From the NCBI GenBank assembly GCA_945875865.1, contig CAMCMF010000001.1:1395-65394 (forward strand): a stretch of DNA of 64,000 nucleotides. The letters are read 5' to 3'. Under the pieces are notes generated by a model. It worked only from the letters and a program-made list of their open reading frames with translations. It ran no database searches and had not been told where the DNA came from. Source of the stretch: Rhizobium sp. Q54. Its GTDB lineage: Bacteria; Pseudomonadota; Alphaproteobacteria; Rickettsiales; UBA1997. Below, piece by piece: positions 45,529 through 53,745 of this stretch; position 1 is the stretch's first letter, and every line of letters starts with the position of its first letter. A program made the position numbers and the translations under genes.

Positions 45529-47258
45529 GAGCCACCTCCCACGCGTGAATTTTCAACTTGTGGACACAAACCAGTCCCCACGGCTCTTTTGGCATCAGCT
45601 TCAAACAGAAGTTTTTGGATGGAGGATTTGTTGAAGTAGAATTTTAGAAGATTGGCAGCCTTATATTTTGTGATGCTGTAATCGTTGCGGTATGCTAAAG
45701 GCAGGCATTGCAGCTGCCTTGTTGACGCAGTTTGTTTTAACCAACTTTTTGATTTGTGGGCGTTGTCAGCAGTTTCATTTTCATTGAGAAAATCATCAGC
45801 TTGTGCGAGGCAAATTTCCTGTGATCCAAAGCTCAGAATTTTAATGCCCAAATCAGTTCCACCAAGGCAATACCAGTGATCGTTTAAGAAGAAAATTCCG
45901 GCAAAAGCATTAAACCCTGAAGCCATCAAAGCAGCGCTATCACCAAAAATATCGCACCATTCGAAATTTGATCTTTGAGTCAGCAGATCAATTTCTGACA
46001 TGATAAATCCTGACAGTTCTCCAGGCGAATCAGCTTCCCCTCCTGAAGCAAACTCGTAATCGCAAAGCGGGCAACTGTTTGACGCGGACGGGACAAGTAT
46101 CGAACATGACGGGCATTCTTTTTGAAATCGGACTTCAGCTTTCTTTTTCGGTTGTTTTGCTTTCTCAAGATCAACATCCACCTCAAGCGAGCCGTGGATC
46201 AAACTTGAAGTTCCAAAATCAAGAATGATGCAATCTTCTTTTGTCACCTCTGGATAAAGGTTGTTATCAACCACGCGCAGTCCACGCCCAATCATCTGAA
46301 TCATGGTTGATTTAAATGAACTTGGACGAAGCAAAACCACACAGGAAGTTGGTTGGTAATCCCAACCTTCAGTAAGAACAGCCACATTAACAATTACCTG
46401 AGCATCACCTTGCTCAAACTCTGACAAAGCGTTCTTTCTTTCTACTTCCGATAAATCACCACTGATAAAAACTGTTTTGATTCCGTGAGTGTTAAAAACT
46501 CCTGCAACCGATTTGCCATGAGCAACAGTTGAGCAAAAAATCACAGTTTTGCGATTGCCTGCAAGCTCTTGCCATTTGGCGAAAACTTCTTCGGTGATCG
46601 GCAATTTATTCATGATTTTTTCAACTGCCGCCATGTCAAAATCACCAGCGGTTTTCTTGACACTCTTCAACTCACTTTGAGTCCCAACATCAATGATATA
46701 GGTTCGTGGACGAACTAAATGACCAGATGCGACCAATTCAGAAATTTTTATCTGATCAGCAACATTGGAAAAAATATCTCCCAAATCTTTTTTATCACCG
46801 CGACTTGGTGTGGCAGTCACGCCGTAAATCAGAACTGACGGATTTTTTTCTTTTACCTCGTTGATGATGTTGCGATAGCTCGGTGAAACGCAGTGGTGTC
46901 CTTCATCAATTGCCAAAATATCAATTACTGGAATCAGACTTAAATTTTCTTTGCGCGATAAGGTTTGCACCATCGCAAAGACTGCCTGACCAGTAAAGGA
47001 CTTGCTTTTGGCATCAAAAACAGAAGTTCTCACTCTTGGATTTATCCGCAAAAACTTTTCCTGATTTTGCGAAGTCAGTTCATCACGATGAGCAAGAATT
47101 AAGGCTTTGCTATCAGCTCCAAGAAACTCGCCAACAACAGCGGAAAACATTAGGGTTTTTCCTGCTCCTGTTGGCGCGATGCCAAGAGTGTTGCCGTGCT
47201 GTTTTAGCGCGGTAACACTCTTTTCTACGAACTCCTGTTGTCTTTTGCGAAGTATCAT
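45525..47258 (-). CDS. SF2 DEAD/DEAH-box helicase (ResIII-type)
   Basis: Motif I GIAPTGAGKT, motif II AIDEGHH, motif III VTATPSR, motif VI QMIGRGLR. Has a C-terminal Cys4 (CPSCS...CPLC). Confidence 0.85.
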   Translation of the reverse strand: MILRKRQQEFVEKSVTALKQHGNTLGIAPTGAGKTLMFSAVVGEFLGADSKALILAHRDELTSQNQEKFLRINPRVRTSVFDAKSKSFTGQAVFAMVQTLSRKENLSLIPVIDILAIDEGHHCVSPSYRNIINEVKEKNPSVLIYGVTATPSRGDKKDLGDIFSNVADQIKISELVASGHLVRPRTYIIDVGTQSELKSVKKTAGDFDMAAVEKIMNKLPITEEVFAKWQELAGNRKTVIFCSTVAHGKSVAGVFNTHGIKTVFISGDLSEVERKNALSEFEQGDAQVIVNVAVLTEGWDYQPTSCVVLLRPSSFKSTMIQMIGRGLRVVDNNLYPEVTKEDCIILDFGTSSLIHGSLEVDVDLEKAKQPKKKAEVRFQKECPSCSILVPSASNSCPLCDYEFASGGEADSPGELSGFIMSEIDLLTQRSNFEWCDIFGDSAALMASGFNAFAGIFFLNDHWYCLGGTDLGIKILSFGSQEICLAQADDFLNENETADNAHKSKSWLKQTASTRQLQCLPLAYRNDYSITKYKAANLLKFYFNKSSIQKLLFEADAKRAVGTGLCPQVENSRVGGGS

Positions 47259-47272
47259 GGCTGCTCCTTAAT

Positions 47273-47845
47273 CTATCTAGCCCAAGCTGGACGATTGTTA
47301 GCAGCTGGTGCTGCAGGAGTTGAAGCTTTGACAGCAGCCTGTGCAATACTTCCCATGAATGCCTGATAATCCTTGTGATCAGGAGTTATGGCAAAACGGA
47401 TTTCATTTCTTAGCTCTTCGTTTTGATCTTTTTTGGTTGTGATTTTGGCAACAAACTCAATGCCATCTAAATCAGAAAAGCCGTTAATTTTTCTGGCGTT
47501 TTGTGCAGCTGGTGAGTTGTCATTTTCAGAGACGCCGCGAGCAGAATTAAGAATCGCTTTGATGAATGAGCGACCCATATTTCCCCATTCTGCGCCTTTG
47601 TTGCTGTAAAGACCAATCAACCCCCAGACTTTGCGCCGCGCATATTCACCTTCAAGAATTACAAATTCGCAGGACAGATAAATTGAGCCGGTATTTTCAT
47701 TTCTTGTTGCGTAACCGCCAACCCAGCCTTGGTTTTGATCATCATAGCCACCTGGCTTGATTGACATTCTGACTTTTGCCAGAGTGTTATTTGGAATGAG
47801 GTCAAAATTTGATTGGTTTTCGCTGTTGTTAAAATCCATAGACAT
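47273..47845 (-). CDS. DUF669-like phage protein
   Basis: 190 aa. Called from the AAA_24 - DUF669 - helicase synteny and general sequence pattern. Weak call. Confidence 0.45.
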   Translation of the reverse strand: MSMDFNNSENQSNFDLIPNNTLAKVRMSIKPGGYDDQNQGWVGGYATRNENTGSIYLSCEFVILEGEYARRKVWGLIGLYSNKGAEWGNMGRSFIKAILNSARGVSENDNSPAAQNARKINGFSDLDGIEFVAKITTKKDQNEELRNEIRFAITPDHKDYQAFMGSIAQAAVKASTPAAPAANNRPAWAR

Positions 47846-47863
47846 AAAATCTCCTTGTTGTTT

Positions 47864-48703
47864 TTAGTTATTATTAAAAATGAGTTGTTCGTTGATTGGC
47901 TTGGCTTCAGACCGTATTTTCTCCATCAGATTGCCGAGGTGCGGTTCCTCTATTTGCTCGAGTCTTCGTGATCGATCTTTAGCCGGATAATTGAACTGAT
48001 TGATGGTATGACAGATGAAGGCGCGATAGGATTGCCCTTTGTCTTCGGGTTGGATTTCTGCCATTGTGATCACCTGATCGACAATGCCTGGAAGCTCCAA
48101 TCCAGTTTTGCTGCCTTCGATTTGCGGCTGGTAATATTTGCGATTAAAGTCATCGAGTTTTTCATCCAAGATGCCGACAAACCAAATATTTTTGCTGCGA
48201 GTATGTTGAAGGTGAGTTAACCAAGATATCATCTCACGACCATGCAAACCATAGGCTCCACGAGTATCCGGCTTTCCTGACTTCTCGCTAAATGCTTCAG
48301 GTTGACCTTGGCAATATCCAAAACACAAACGACCTGCGACCGTTATGCTGTCGATGAAGATGGTCTCGTATTTATCGAGGAAAGAAGGATCACCATACTT
48401 TTGACAAACCTCGTCAAAGTGGCGCTGACTAAACTTTTGATCAGGACGCAAGGCGCGATTCGGTCCGCCGATAAAGACTGCAAAGTCACAACATTCCTGC
48501 CAAGTTTTCGGTCGGATTGTATCACCTTGCCAGCCTTCAACAGCGAGGTCGCCAGCTTCAAGATCAAAAAATAAGGTGGTTTTTGGATTGAGAGTCCAAA
48601 GCAGAGAAGTTTTGCCGATGCCGGATTTTCCGAAGATGCAGCCTTTAATTCCCCGCGTTTCTTTTAAGCGCTCATCCGCGCTGATGATTGGTAGATTACT
48701 CAT
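47864..48703 (-). CDS. AAA_24 / Sak4-like RecA-fold ATPase
   Basis: Walker A is CIFGKSGIGKTSLL, followed by TLFFDLEAG. 279 aa. Confidence 0.7.
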   Translation of the reverse strand: MSNLPIISADERLKETRGIKGCIFGKSGIGKTSLLWTLNPKTTLFFDLEAGDLAVEGWQGDTIRPKTWQECCDFAVFIGGPNRALRPDQKFSQRHFDEVCQKYGDPSFLDKYETIFIDSITVAGRLCFGYCQGQPEAFSEKSGKPDTRGAYGLHGREMISWLTHLQHTRSKNIWFVGILDEKLDDFNRKYYQPQIEGSKTGLELPGIVDQVITMAEIQPEDKGQSYRAFICHTINQFNYPAKDRSRRLEQIEEPHLGNLMEKIRSEAKPINEQLIFNNN

Positions 48704-49187
48704 TTCTACCTCCTTCAGCGAGAGGCTGAATCTTAAAAGTTTCGGCGCCGGTTTTTAAAACACGTGCTGGCTTGAAGATGTTTTTGATATGCTCTGGCCA
48801 CGCGGTGTATTTGGTTTCAGAGATTTTGTAGGAGCTCTCAACATATTCGTCAGGGTTGTCGCCATGCTTTCTGATAGCGGATACAACATCTTTTAATCTA
48901 TCCTGATTCCATTCGACTTTTTTTGTTAAAACCGAAGTTACTTTGAAATCGCCATCTGTAAAATGGACAGTTCCAGTATCTTTGGAATCAAGCCTTCGAA
49001 TGTTCGATGCAACATCGCGATATTTTAATGCGATGCTGTTATCGAGCCAATCCTTAAGCATTTTAGCTTTTTGCAGATGCTGCAATGCTTGTTCTTGAAG
49101 GCAGAGCAATTGCTCTGGTGACATTTTTGATAATGTTCCTATTGGAATATTTGGAACATCGGTTAAATTAATTTTATCGAGATTCAT
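48696..49187 (-). CDS. hypothetical early protein
   Basis: 163-aa ORF, no motif recognised. Confidence 0.4.
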   Translation of the reverse strand: MNLDKINLTDVPNIPIGTLSKMSPEQLLCLQEQALQHLQKAKMLKDWLDNSIALKYRDVASNIRRLDSKDTGTVHFTDGDFKVTSVLTKKVEWNQDRLKDVVSAIRKHGDNPDEYVESSYKISETKYTAWPEHIKNIFKPARVLKTGAETFKIQPLAEGGRNE

Positions 49188-49190
49188 AAT

Positions 49191-49418
49191 TTATTTCTTT
49201 GTTGTTGAAGAAGTTTTGTTGTGAGAAAAACGGCGATTATTTGTCGCTGAGTGCATGTGCTCTTTTTCGAATTTCTTGATGCTTTGAGGCGTGTACCTGA
49301 CAGCGATACCTATTTTGATGAATGGCGGTCCTATTCCTTGGCAGCGCCATTTTTGAAGAGTTCTGAAGTCGATGCCCCATCTTTTGGCGAGGGCTTTTTC
49401 TGAGAGATATTCTACCAT
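49191..49418 (-). CDS. small HTH DNA-binding protein (Cro/excisionase/AlpA-like), first gene of leftward early operon
   Basis: From ATG 49418: MVEYLSEKALAKRWGIDFRTLQKWRCQGIGPPFIKIG..VRY is an MerR/AlpA-type HTH. Confidence 0.6.
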   Translation of the reverse strand: MVEYLSEKALAKRWGIDFRTLQKWRCQGIGPPFIKIGIAVRYTPQSIKKFEKEHMHSATNNRRFSHNKTSSTTKK

Positions 49419-49485
49419 TGGCACTTTGCATTGATTGATAAAATCAAAGCCTCCTAAGCCCAAAATGGACTTGGTGATTTGACTC

Positions 49486-49562
49486 GTGCAAAGTTAGAAA
49501 GTGGGGCGTATGGAAATCGGTATGGCTGCCGTATTAAAATCGGTATTATTTTACCTATACGG
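49486..49562. promoter_or_regulatory. left arm of ~78-bp inverted repeat (phased GTAT-core operator-like array)
   Basis: Reverse-complement match to 51646..51724 with a 29-bp perfect core (49520..49548 = rc of 51660..51688). GTAT cores start at 49508, 49520, 49531 and 49543, with an inverted TATACGG at 49556..49562. Confidence 0.6.
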
Positions 49563-49591
49563 CCAGATTCGATTGAGGAAAAGTTGTTGGA

Positions 49592-50527
49592 TTAATTGAG
49601 GTTCAACCAGTAATATCCTTTGCTGTCGTGCTGCAAAATATTATTGCGGATGTTTTTTGAGTCTGAGCTTCTGAATAATGTTCTTAACTCGGTGCTGCTT
49701 TCTGTGACTTCTACCATTATTTCATCTTTATGTACTGGTTTTCCTGCCTTGTGTAAACATTCAAGCACATCAGCTTCTTGTTTGGTAAATCTGAAATACT
49801 CACCATTAAAACAGGCGCTGCGATAACCAGTGGTAAAACCATCTTTCTTGGTTTTTAGTATTGCTGATTTCAGAGCATTTTTATCGATATAAAAATCACT
49901 CCTATCTGCAGATAAACAATTTCTGAGAGAAATAATTTTATTGCCGGCAATTTTTGAACTAAAGTAACTGGGAATATTGCTGTGACTGGTTAGAATGGCA
50001 CCTTCAAAATCTGATCTACGCTTCTTTAAAGCCTTGTTAATCTTATCAAAGATTTCTTCTTCTTTTATCTTTCTGGCAAAGAAAATCGGAACTTCCACAT
50101 CAAGATTGGCAAACCCAACGCGCCACAACAAATTTGGTAGAATTTCTTCATAATCTTTGTTGATGCCAAGAACATTGCTTATGGATTTTACCATCCAATC
50201 CAGCTTCAGATTATACTTTGTGAAATTTTCAAAAGAGACGGGAACGAATTTATCGTTTTGATCGAAATATCCAGGTTGATTATCTTTGAAGCATAAATCT
50301 TCAGCATCTCCATCTTTGTTAACGCAATAGCTAAGGCTGTCCATTGCGAATGCACCATTGGACACAAGATTGGTCATCTCATCGGCAAAGTGAGTAGCTA
50401 TTCGGTGAGTTACGGATGGGTTATCATTTTCGCATATCTCGCAAGCAAACAGAAAAGATTCTCTGGAAATTTGATTGTTTATTGTAGTCATTTCGGGGAA
50501 CGAAAAGTTATTAACTACTAATAACAA
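49592..50527 (-). CDS. hypothetical protein with C-terminal OmpR/PhoB-type winged-helix-like domain
   Basis: 311 aa. The C-terminus (FTKQEADVLECLHKAGKPVHKDEIM...IRNNILQHDSKGYYWL) resembles Trans_reg_C (LT..E..LL..L....G.V.S...L.......I.T..G.GY.L). The N-terminal ~230 aa is unrecognised. Alternative start at Met13 (50491). Confidence 0.45.
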   Translation of the reverse strand: MLLVVNNFSFPEMTTINNQISRESFLFACEICENDNPSVTHRIATHFADEMTNLVSNGAFAMDSLSYCVNKDGDAEDLCFKDNQPGYFDQNDKFVPVSFENFTKYNLKLDWMVKSISNVLGINKDYEEILPNLLWRVGFANLDVEVPIFFARKIKEEEIFDKINKALKKRRSDFEGAILTSHSNIPSYFSSKIAGNKIISLRNCLSADRSDFYIDKNALKSAILKTKKDGFTTGYRSACFNGEYFRFTKQEADVLECLHKAGKPVHKDEIMVEVTESSTELRTLFRSSDSKNIRNNILQHDSKGYYWLNLN

Positions 50528-50531
50528 CTAT

Positions 50532-50942
50532 TCAAACACCCTGAGCCTCCAGCAGCCCCCAAGATTCCAGATATTTGTTGATAACAGGATTTTTAATCGT
50601 GGTTTTGATCTGACTGAAATATCTTATTTTGACTGGTATTCTGTTTTTCTTTTTATCAAGAAATCCCTCATAAAACAACACGTCGAGACCGATCTCTTTG
50701 ACAGCAAGGCACTTTGTAGAAATGTTTTTTGCCTTGATCGCATCAAATATGGCTTTTTTGTTATCGTTAACGGCAAAAGAAAAATCGTAACTTTCGCAAG
50801 GCGATACCACTGTCACGTCCTTAATTTTGACATCTTTTATTCCGTCTCTTGGATCTGTAGAAAACTTGAAACCATCTATCAACTTTTCAAAATTTTGCGA
50901 AATATTGAAAGATTTTCTAAATAAAACTTCATTTTTATGCAT
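50532..50942 (-). CDS. hypothetical protein (immunity-region cargo)
   Basis: 136-aa ORF, 4 nt upstream of the 311-aa gene. No motif recognised. Confidence 0.4.
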   Translation of the reverse strand: MHKNEVLFRKSFNISQNFEKLIDGFKFSTDPRDGIKDVKIKDVTVVSPCESYDFSFAVNDNKKAIFDAIKAKNISTKCLAVKEIGLDVLFYEGFLDKKKNRIPVKIRYFSQIKTTIKNPVINKYLESWGLLEAQGV

Positions 50943-51004
50943 TGTGATACTATTATTTGTTTAATAATAAGCCCCCAAACTATCTTTTGGGAGAGCATCA
51001 TAGC

Positions 51005-51043
51005 TACTTAACTTGATTTTTACCACACAAATCAAGTTAAGTA
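51005..51043. promoter_or_regulatory. 15-bp perfect inverted repeat in divergent promoter region (candidate operator)
   Basis: TACTTAACTTGATTT (51005..51019) - 9 nt - AAATCAAGTTAAGTA (51029..51043). Lies between divergent genes 50942<- and ->51087. Confidence 0.5.
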
Positions 51044-51086
51044 AAACTTTTATGAAAAATAGTGTATCATTTTAGGACAACTACCG

Positions 51087-51632
51087 ATGAGATCTGATGA
51101 AAAAAGTAACCATGGAGGATATAGAGCTGGAGCAGGAAGAAAGCTGGAAGTAGGTAAGACAAAATCTAGGCGCATCCCAGAAGAAATCACAAGTGATGAT
51201 ATCAGGCTTTTAAGCGCATATAAAAAACACGAACTCCCATTTTACGAGATGAAATCTGAAGGCGGAGTTGCCTCCATCGCAGATAAAGAGCAATACGAAA
51301 GCCGCAAACCAACTGAAAAGCTGCTGATAAACAATATTCAGAATCACTTTTTTGTTAAAATGTCCGGATGCCACTTGAAGGAAGAAGGCATATTGGAAAA
51401 TGATCTTTTACTGGTTAACCAAACAAAAGACCTTCGAGACAACAACATCGTAATTGCAACATCCGACACTGGTAAAGCTGTTATTAAAAAACTAACCAAA
51501 GAAGGTGATAAGATGAAGCTCACTTGCGGCAACGATAATTGTCCTGACATGGAAATTGATGATAGTTCTCTTGATAGAATCTGGGGAGTGGTGACCAGAG
51601 TCATCAGAGATTACAACCCAGTTGCTGCTTAA
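51087..51632 (+). CDS. LexA/CI-like S24 domain protein with non-canonical active site
   Basis: FFVKMSGCHLKEEGILENDLLLVNQ...NNIVIATSDTGKAVIKKL...IWGVVTRVIRD aligns with LexA [25 protein letters not shown]...GQVVVARIDDEVTVKRL...GLAVGVIRN. His96 occupies the Ser119 position. Confidence 0.65.
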   Translation: MRSDEKSNHGGYRAGAGRKLEVGKTKSRRIPEEITSDDIRLLSAYKKHELPFYEMKSEGGVASIADKEQYESRKPTEKLLINNIQNHFFVKMSGCHLKEEGILENDLLLVNQTKDLRDNNIVIATSDTGKAVIKKLTKEGDKMKLTCGNDNCPDMEIDDSSLDRIWGVVTRVIRDYNPVAA

Positions 51633-51645
51633 AGCTCACATCCCC

Positions 51646-51724
51646 CCGTATAGTCAAATTAATACCGATTTTAATACGGCAGCCATACGGATTTCTATAC
51701 GCCCCCCATTTTAAGTTTGGCTCA
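51646..51724. promoter_or_regulatory. right arm of ~78-bp inverted repeat
   Basis: See the left arm. Followed by an 8-bp inverted repeat, GCTCACAA (51720..51727) / TTGTGAGC (51740..51747), that spans the nominal GTG start of the next ORF. Confidence 0.6.
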
Positions 51725-51753
51725 CAATTTCAACAACCATTGTGAGCAAACAA

Positions 51754-51954
51754 ATGACATCAAAAAAAGAAGAAAACGGATCAGCAAAACAGGCGCAAAA
51801 GCGAATTGCCGAAATTGCTAGGATTTTATGCGCTGGAATCAAGCGCCTCAATGATCGGGAATCATCACAAAATAGTCTCAATCAACTTGACTACAAAACC
51901 AGCGGAAGCCTTCATAGCATTGATTCTAACCCCAATCAACAATTCATGCTATGA
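51754..51954 (+). CDS. small hypothetical protein
   Basis: ATG at 51754 within ORF 51742..51954 (MTSKKEENGSAKQAQKRIAEIARIL...). Its stop overlaps the start of the DUF2924 gene. Confidence 0.4.
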   Translation: MTSKKEENGSAKQAQKRIAEIARILCAGIKRLNDRESSQNSLNQLDYKTSGSLHSIDSNPNQQFML

Positions 51955-52373
51955 GCAAAAGTATTATTCGTCAGGTAATTGATTTAGATGGAAAAACGCC
52001 AGCCGATTTACGGCAGATTTATAATGAAATTATGCCGAAAAAATGTGCCGCTAATTCTGGTAAAGAATTTTTACGACCAAGGATTGCTTACCGCCTTCAA
52101 GAGTTAGTATTTGGTGGCTTAGCCGATGAAACCAAAAACAAGCTGTTAAAAATTGCAGACGGCATTTCAACCAATTCATTAAGACATCACAGCGACCTAA
52201 TGCCAGGCACAAAGATTTGCCGTGAGTGGAATGAAAAAACTTATCAAGTCGAAGTCCTCAAAGATGGTTTTGAATATGAAGGGCAGAAGTTCAAAAGCCT
52301 TTCCTCGATTGCTAGAAAAATTACCGGCACCAGATGGAACGGTCCGAAATTCTTTAAATTAAGAGCTGATTAA
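51951..52373 (+). CDS. DUF2924 domain protein (serine-recombinase-associated)
   Basis: GTKICREWNEKTYQVEVLKDGFEYEGQKFKSLSSIARKITGTRWNGPKFFKLR is the DUF2924 C-terminal signature, from memory. Confidence 0.7.
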   Translation: MSKSIIRQVIDLDGKTPADLRQIYNEIMPKKCAANSGKEFLRPRIAYRLQELVFGGLADETKNKLLKIADGISTNSLRHHSDLMPGTKICREWNEKTYQVEVLKDGFEYEGQKFKSLSSIARKITGTRWNGPKFFKLRAD

Positions 52374-52376
52374 AAT

Positions 52377-53744
52377 ATGAGAAACTTCCAACAAAATTCT
52401 AAAAATGATCAGTTAAAAAGTGACGGCGACTTAAATCAAAAACCGAAAGTTCGTTGCGCAATTTATACTAGAAAATCCAGCGAAGACGGATTGGAACAAG
52501 CCTTTAACTCTCTTGATGCCCAAAGGTCTGCCGCAGAAAATTATATTGCCTCACAGATTCATGAAGGATGGGTTTTAATTTCAACTGAATATAATGATGG
52601 CGGCTATTCCGGTGGTAGCATGGAAAGACCGGCTTTTAAGAAACTGCTTCAGGACATCAGGGAAGATAAAATTGACTGCGTAGTGGTTTACAAAGCAGAT
52701 CGCTTAAGCAGAAGGCTTTTTGATTTTACTCAGATTGTTGAGATTTTTGATCAACATAAAGTCAGCTTCATTTCGGTTACAGAGAGTTTTAACACCTCTA
52801 CTGCCGCGGGTAGATTGATGTTTGGAATGATTATGAGCTTCGCTCAGTATGAGCGCGAATTAACCTCAGAGCGCATCAGAGACAAGGTTGCCGCTTCAAA
52901 GAAAAAAGGGATGTGGATGGGTGGATCAGTTCCGCTGGGTTATGATGCTAAAGATGCGAAGCTTCTTCTTAACGAGGAAGAGGCAAAAATTATCAGAAAC
53001 ATTTTCAACATTTTTATTGAAAGCGAATCAATAACAGAAACTGCTAGAGAGCTAAATAAACACGGATTCATCACTAAAAGCTGGGTATCAAAAACAGGCA
53101 GAATTCAAAAAGGGAAAAAGTTCAACAAACAAAATGTCAGAAGGTTTTTAGAAAATAAAATTTATGCGGGAATGATTGAGCATAAAAACCAGTCATATGA
53201 AGGTTTGCACGAGGCAATAATTACTAAAGAAATTTGGGAAAAAGCTGATTCAATTCTTAACCGCAACCAACAAAATCAAATCATAATTCCGAAGTCGCGA
53301 ATAACCTCAGCACCACTTCTCAAAGGCATAATACACTGCGGAGTATGTGGTGCCAAAATGGTTCCAACTTACACCAAAAAACAAGGCAAGAGATATCGCT
53401 ATTACCTTTGCTCATCTAAAGCAGTGGGCAATAATGATTCTTGCAAGATAGCCAGAGTTTCGGCAAACGAGGCGGAAAATGTAATTACGAATCAGGTTTT
53501 AACTCTTTTAAGAAAACCGGAATTTATCGTTAACACCATAGGTCAAGCGGTAGGCAAAATCTCTGAAAATCTGATTATCAATTCTTTCAAGCAAATTGAA
53601 AAAGTCTGGGATGAGCTATTTCCACTTGAACAGGCCAGAATTATCAATTTGTTAGTAAAAGACATAGAGGTCAGACCAGATGGCTTAAATATCCGAATTT
53701 TTAAAGACGGACTTCACTCATTATCAAACGAACTCACAAATTGA
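52377..53744 (+). CDS. large serine recombinase (phage integrase type)
   Basis: Catalytic N-terminus VRCAIYTRKSSEDGLEQAFNSLDAQR. Resolvase core YKADRLSRR. Recombinase domain plus a zinc ribbon (CGVCGAKM...YRYYLC). 455 aa. Confidence 0.9.
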   Translation: MRNFQQNSKNDQLKSDGDLNQKPKVRCAIYTRKSSEDGLEQAFNSLDAQRSAAENYIASQIHEGWVLISTEYNDGGYSGGSMERPAFKKLLQDIREDKIDCVVVYKADRLSRRLFDFTQIVEIFDQHKVSFISVTESFNTSTAAGRLMFGMIMSFAQYERELTSERIRDKVAASKKKGMWMGGSVPLGYDAKDAKLLLNEEEAKIIRNIFNIFIESESITETARELNKHGFITKSWVSKTGRIQKGKKFNKQNVRRFLENKIYAGMIEHKNQSYEGLHEAIITKEIWEKADSILNRNQQNQIIIPKSRITSAPLLKGIIHCGVCGAKMVPTYTKKQGKRYRYYLCSSKAVGNNDSCKIARVSANEAENVITNQVLTLLRKPEFIVNTIGQAVGKISENLIINSFKQIEKVWDELFPLEQARIINLLVKDIEVRPDGLNIRIFKDGLHSLSNELTN

Positions 53745-53745
53745 C

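Noticed and set aside
49486-51724. Inverted-repeat-flanked block as a transposon/IS or MITE
   Set aside because: No transposase lies inside and no target-site duplication is seen outside the arms. The arms contain helically phased sub-repeats and sit exactly at operon starts, which fits operators better. Inversion by the nearby serine recombinase is kept only as an alternative in the finding.
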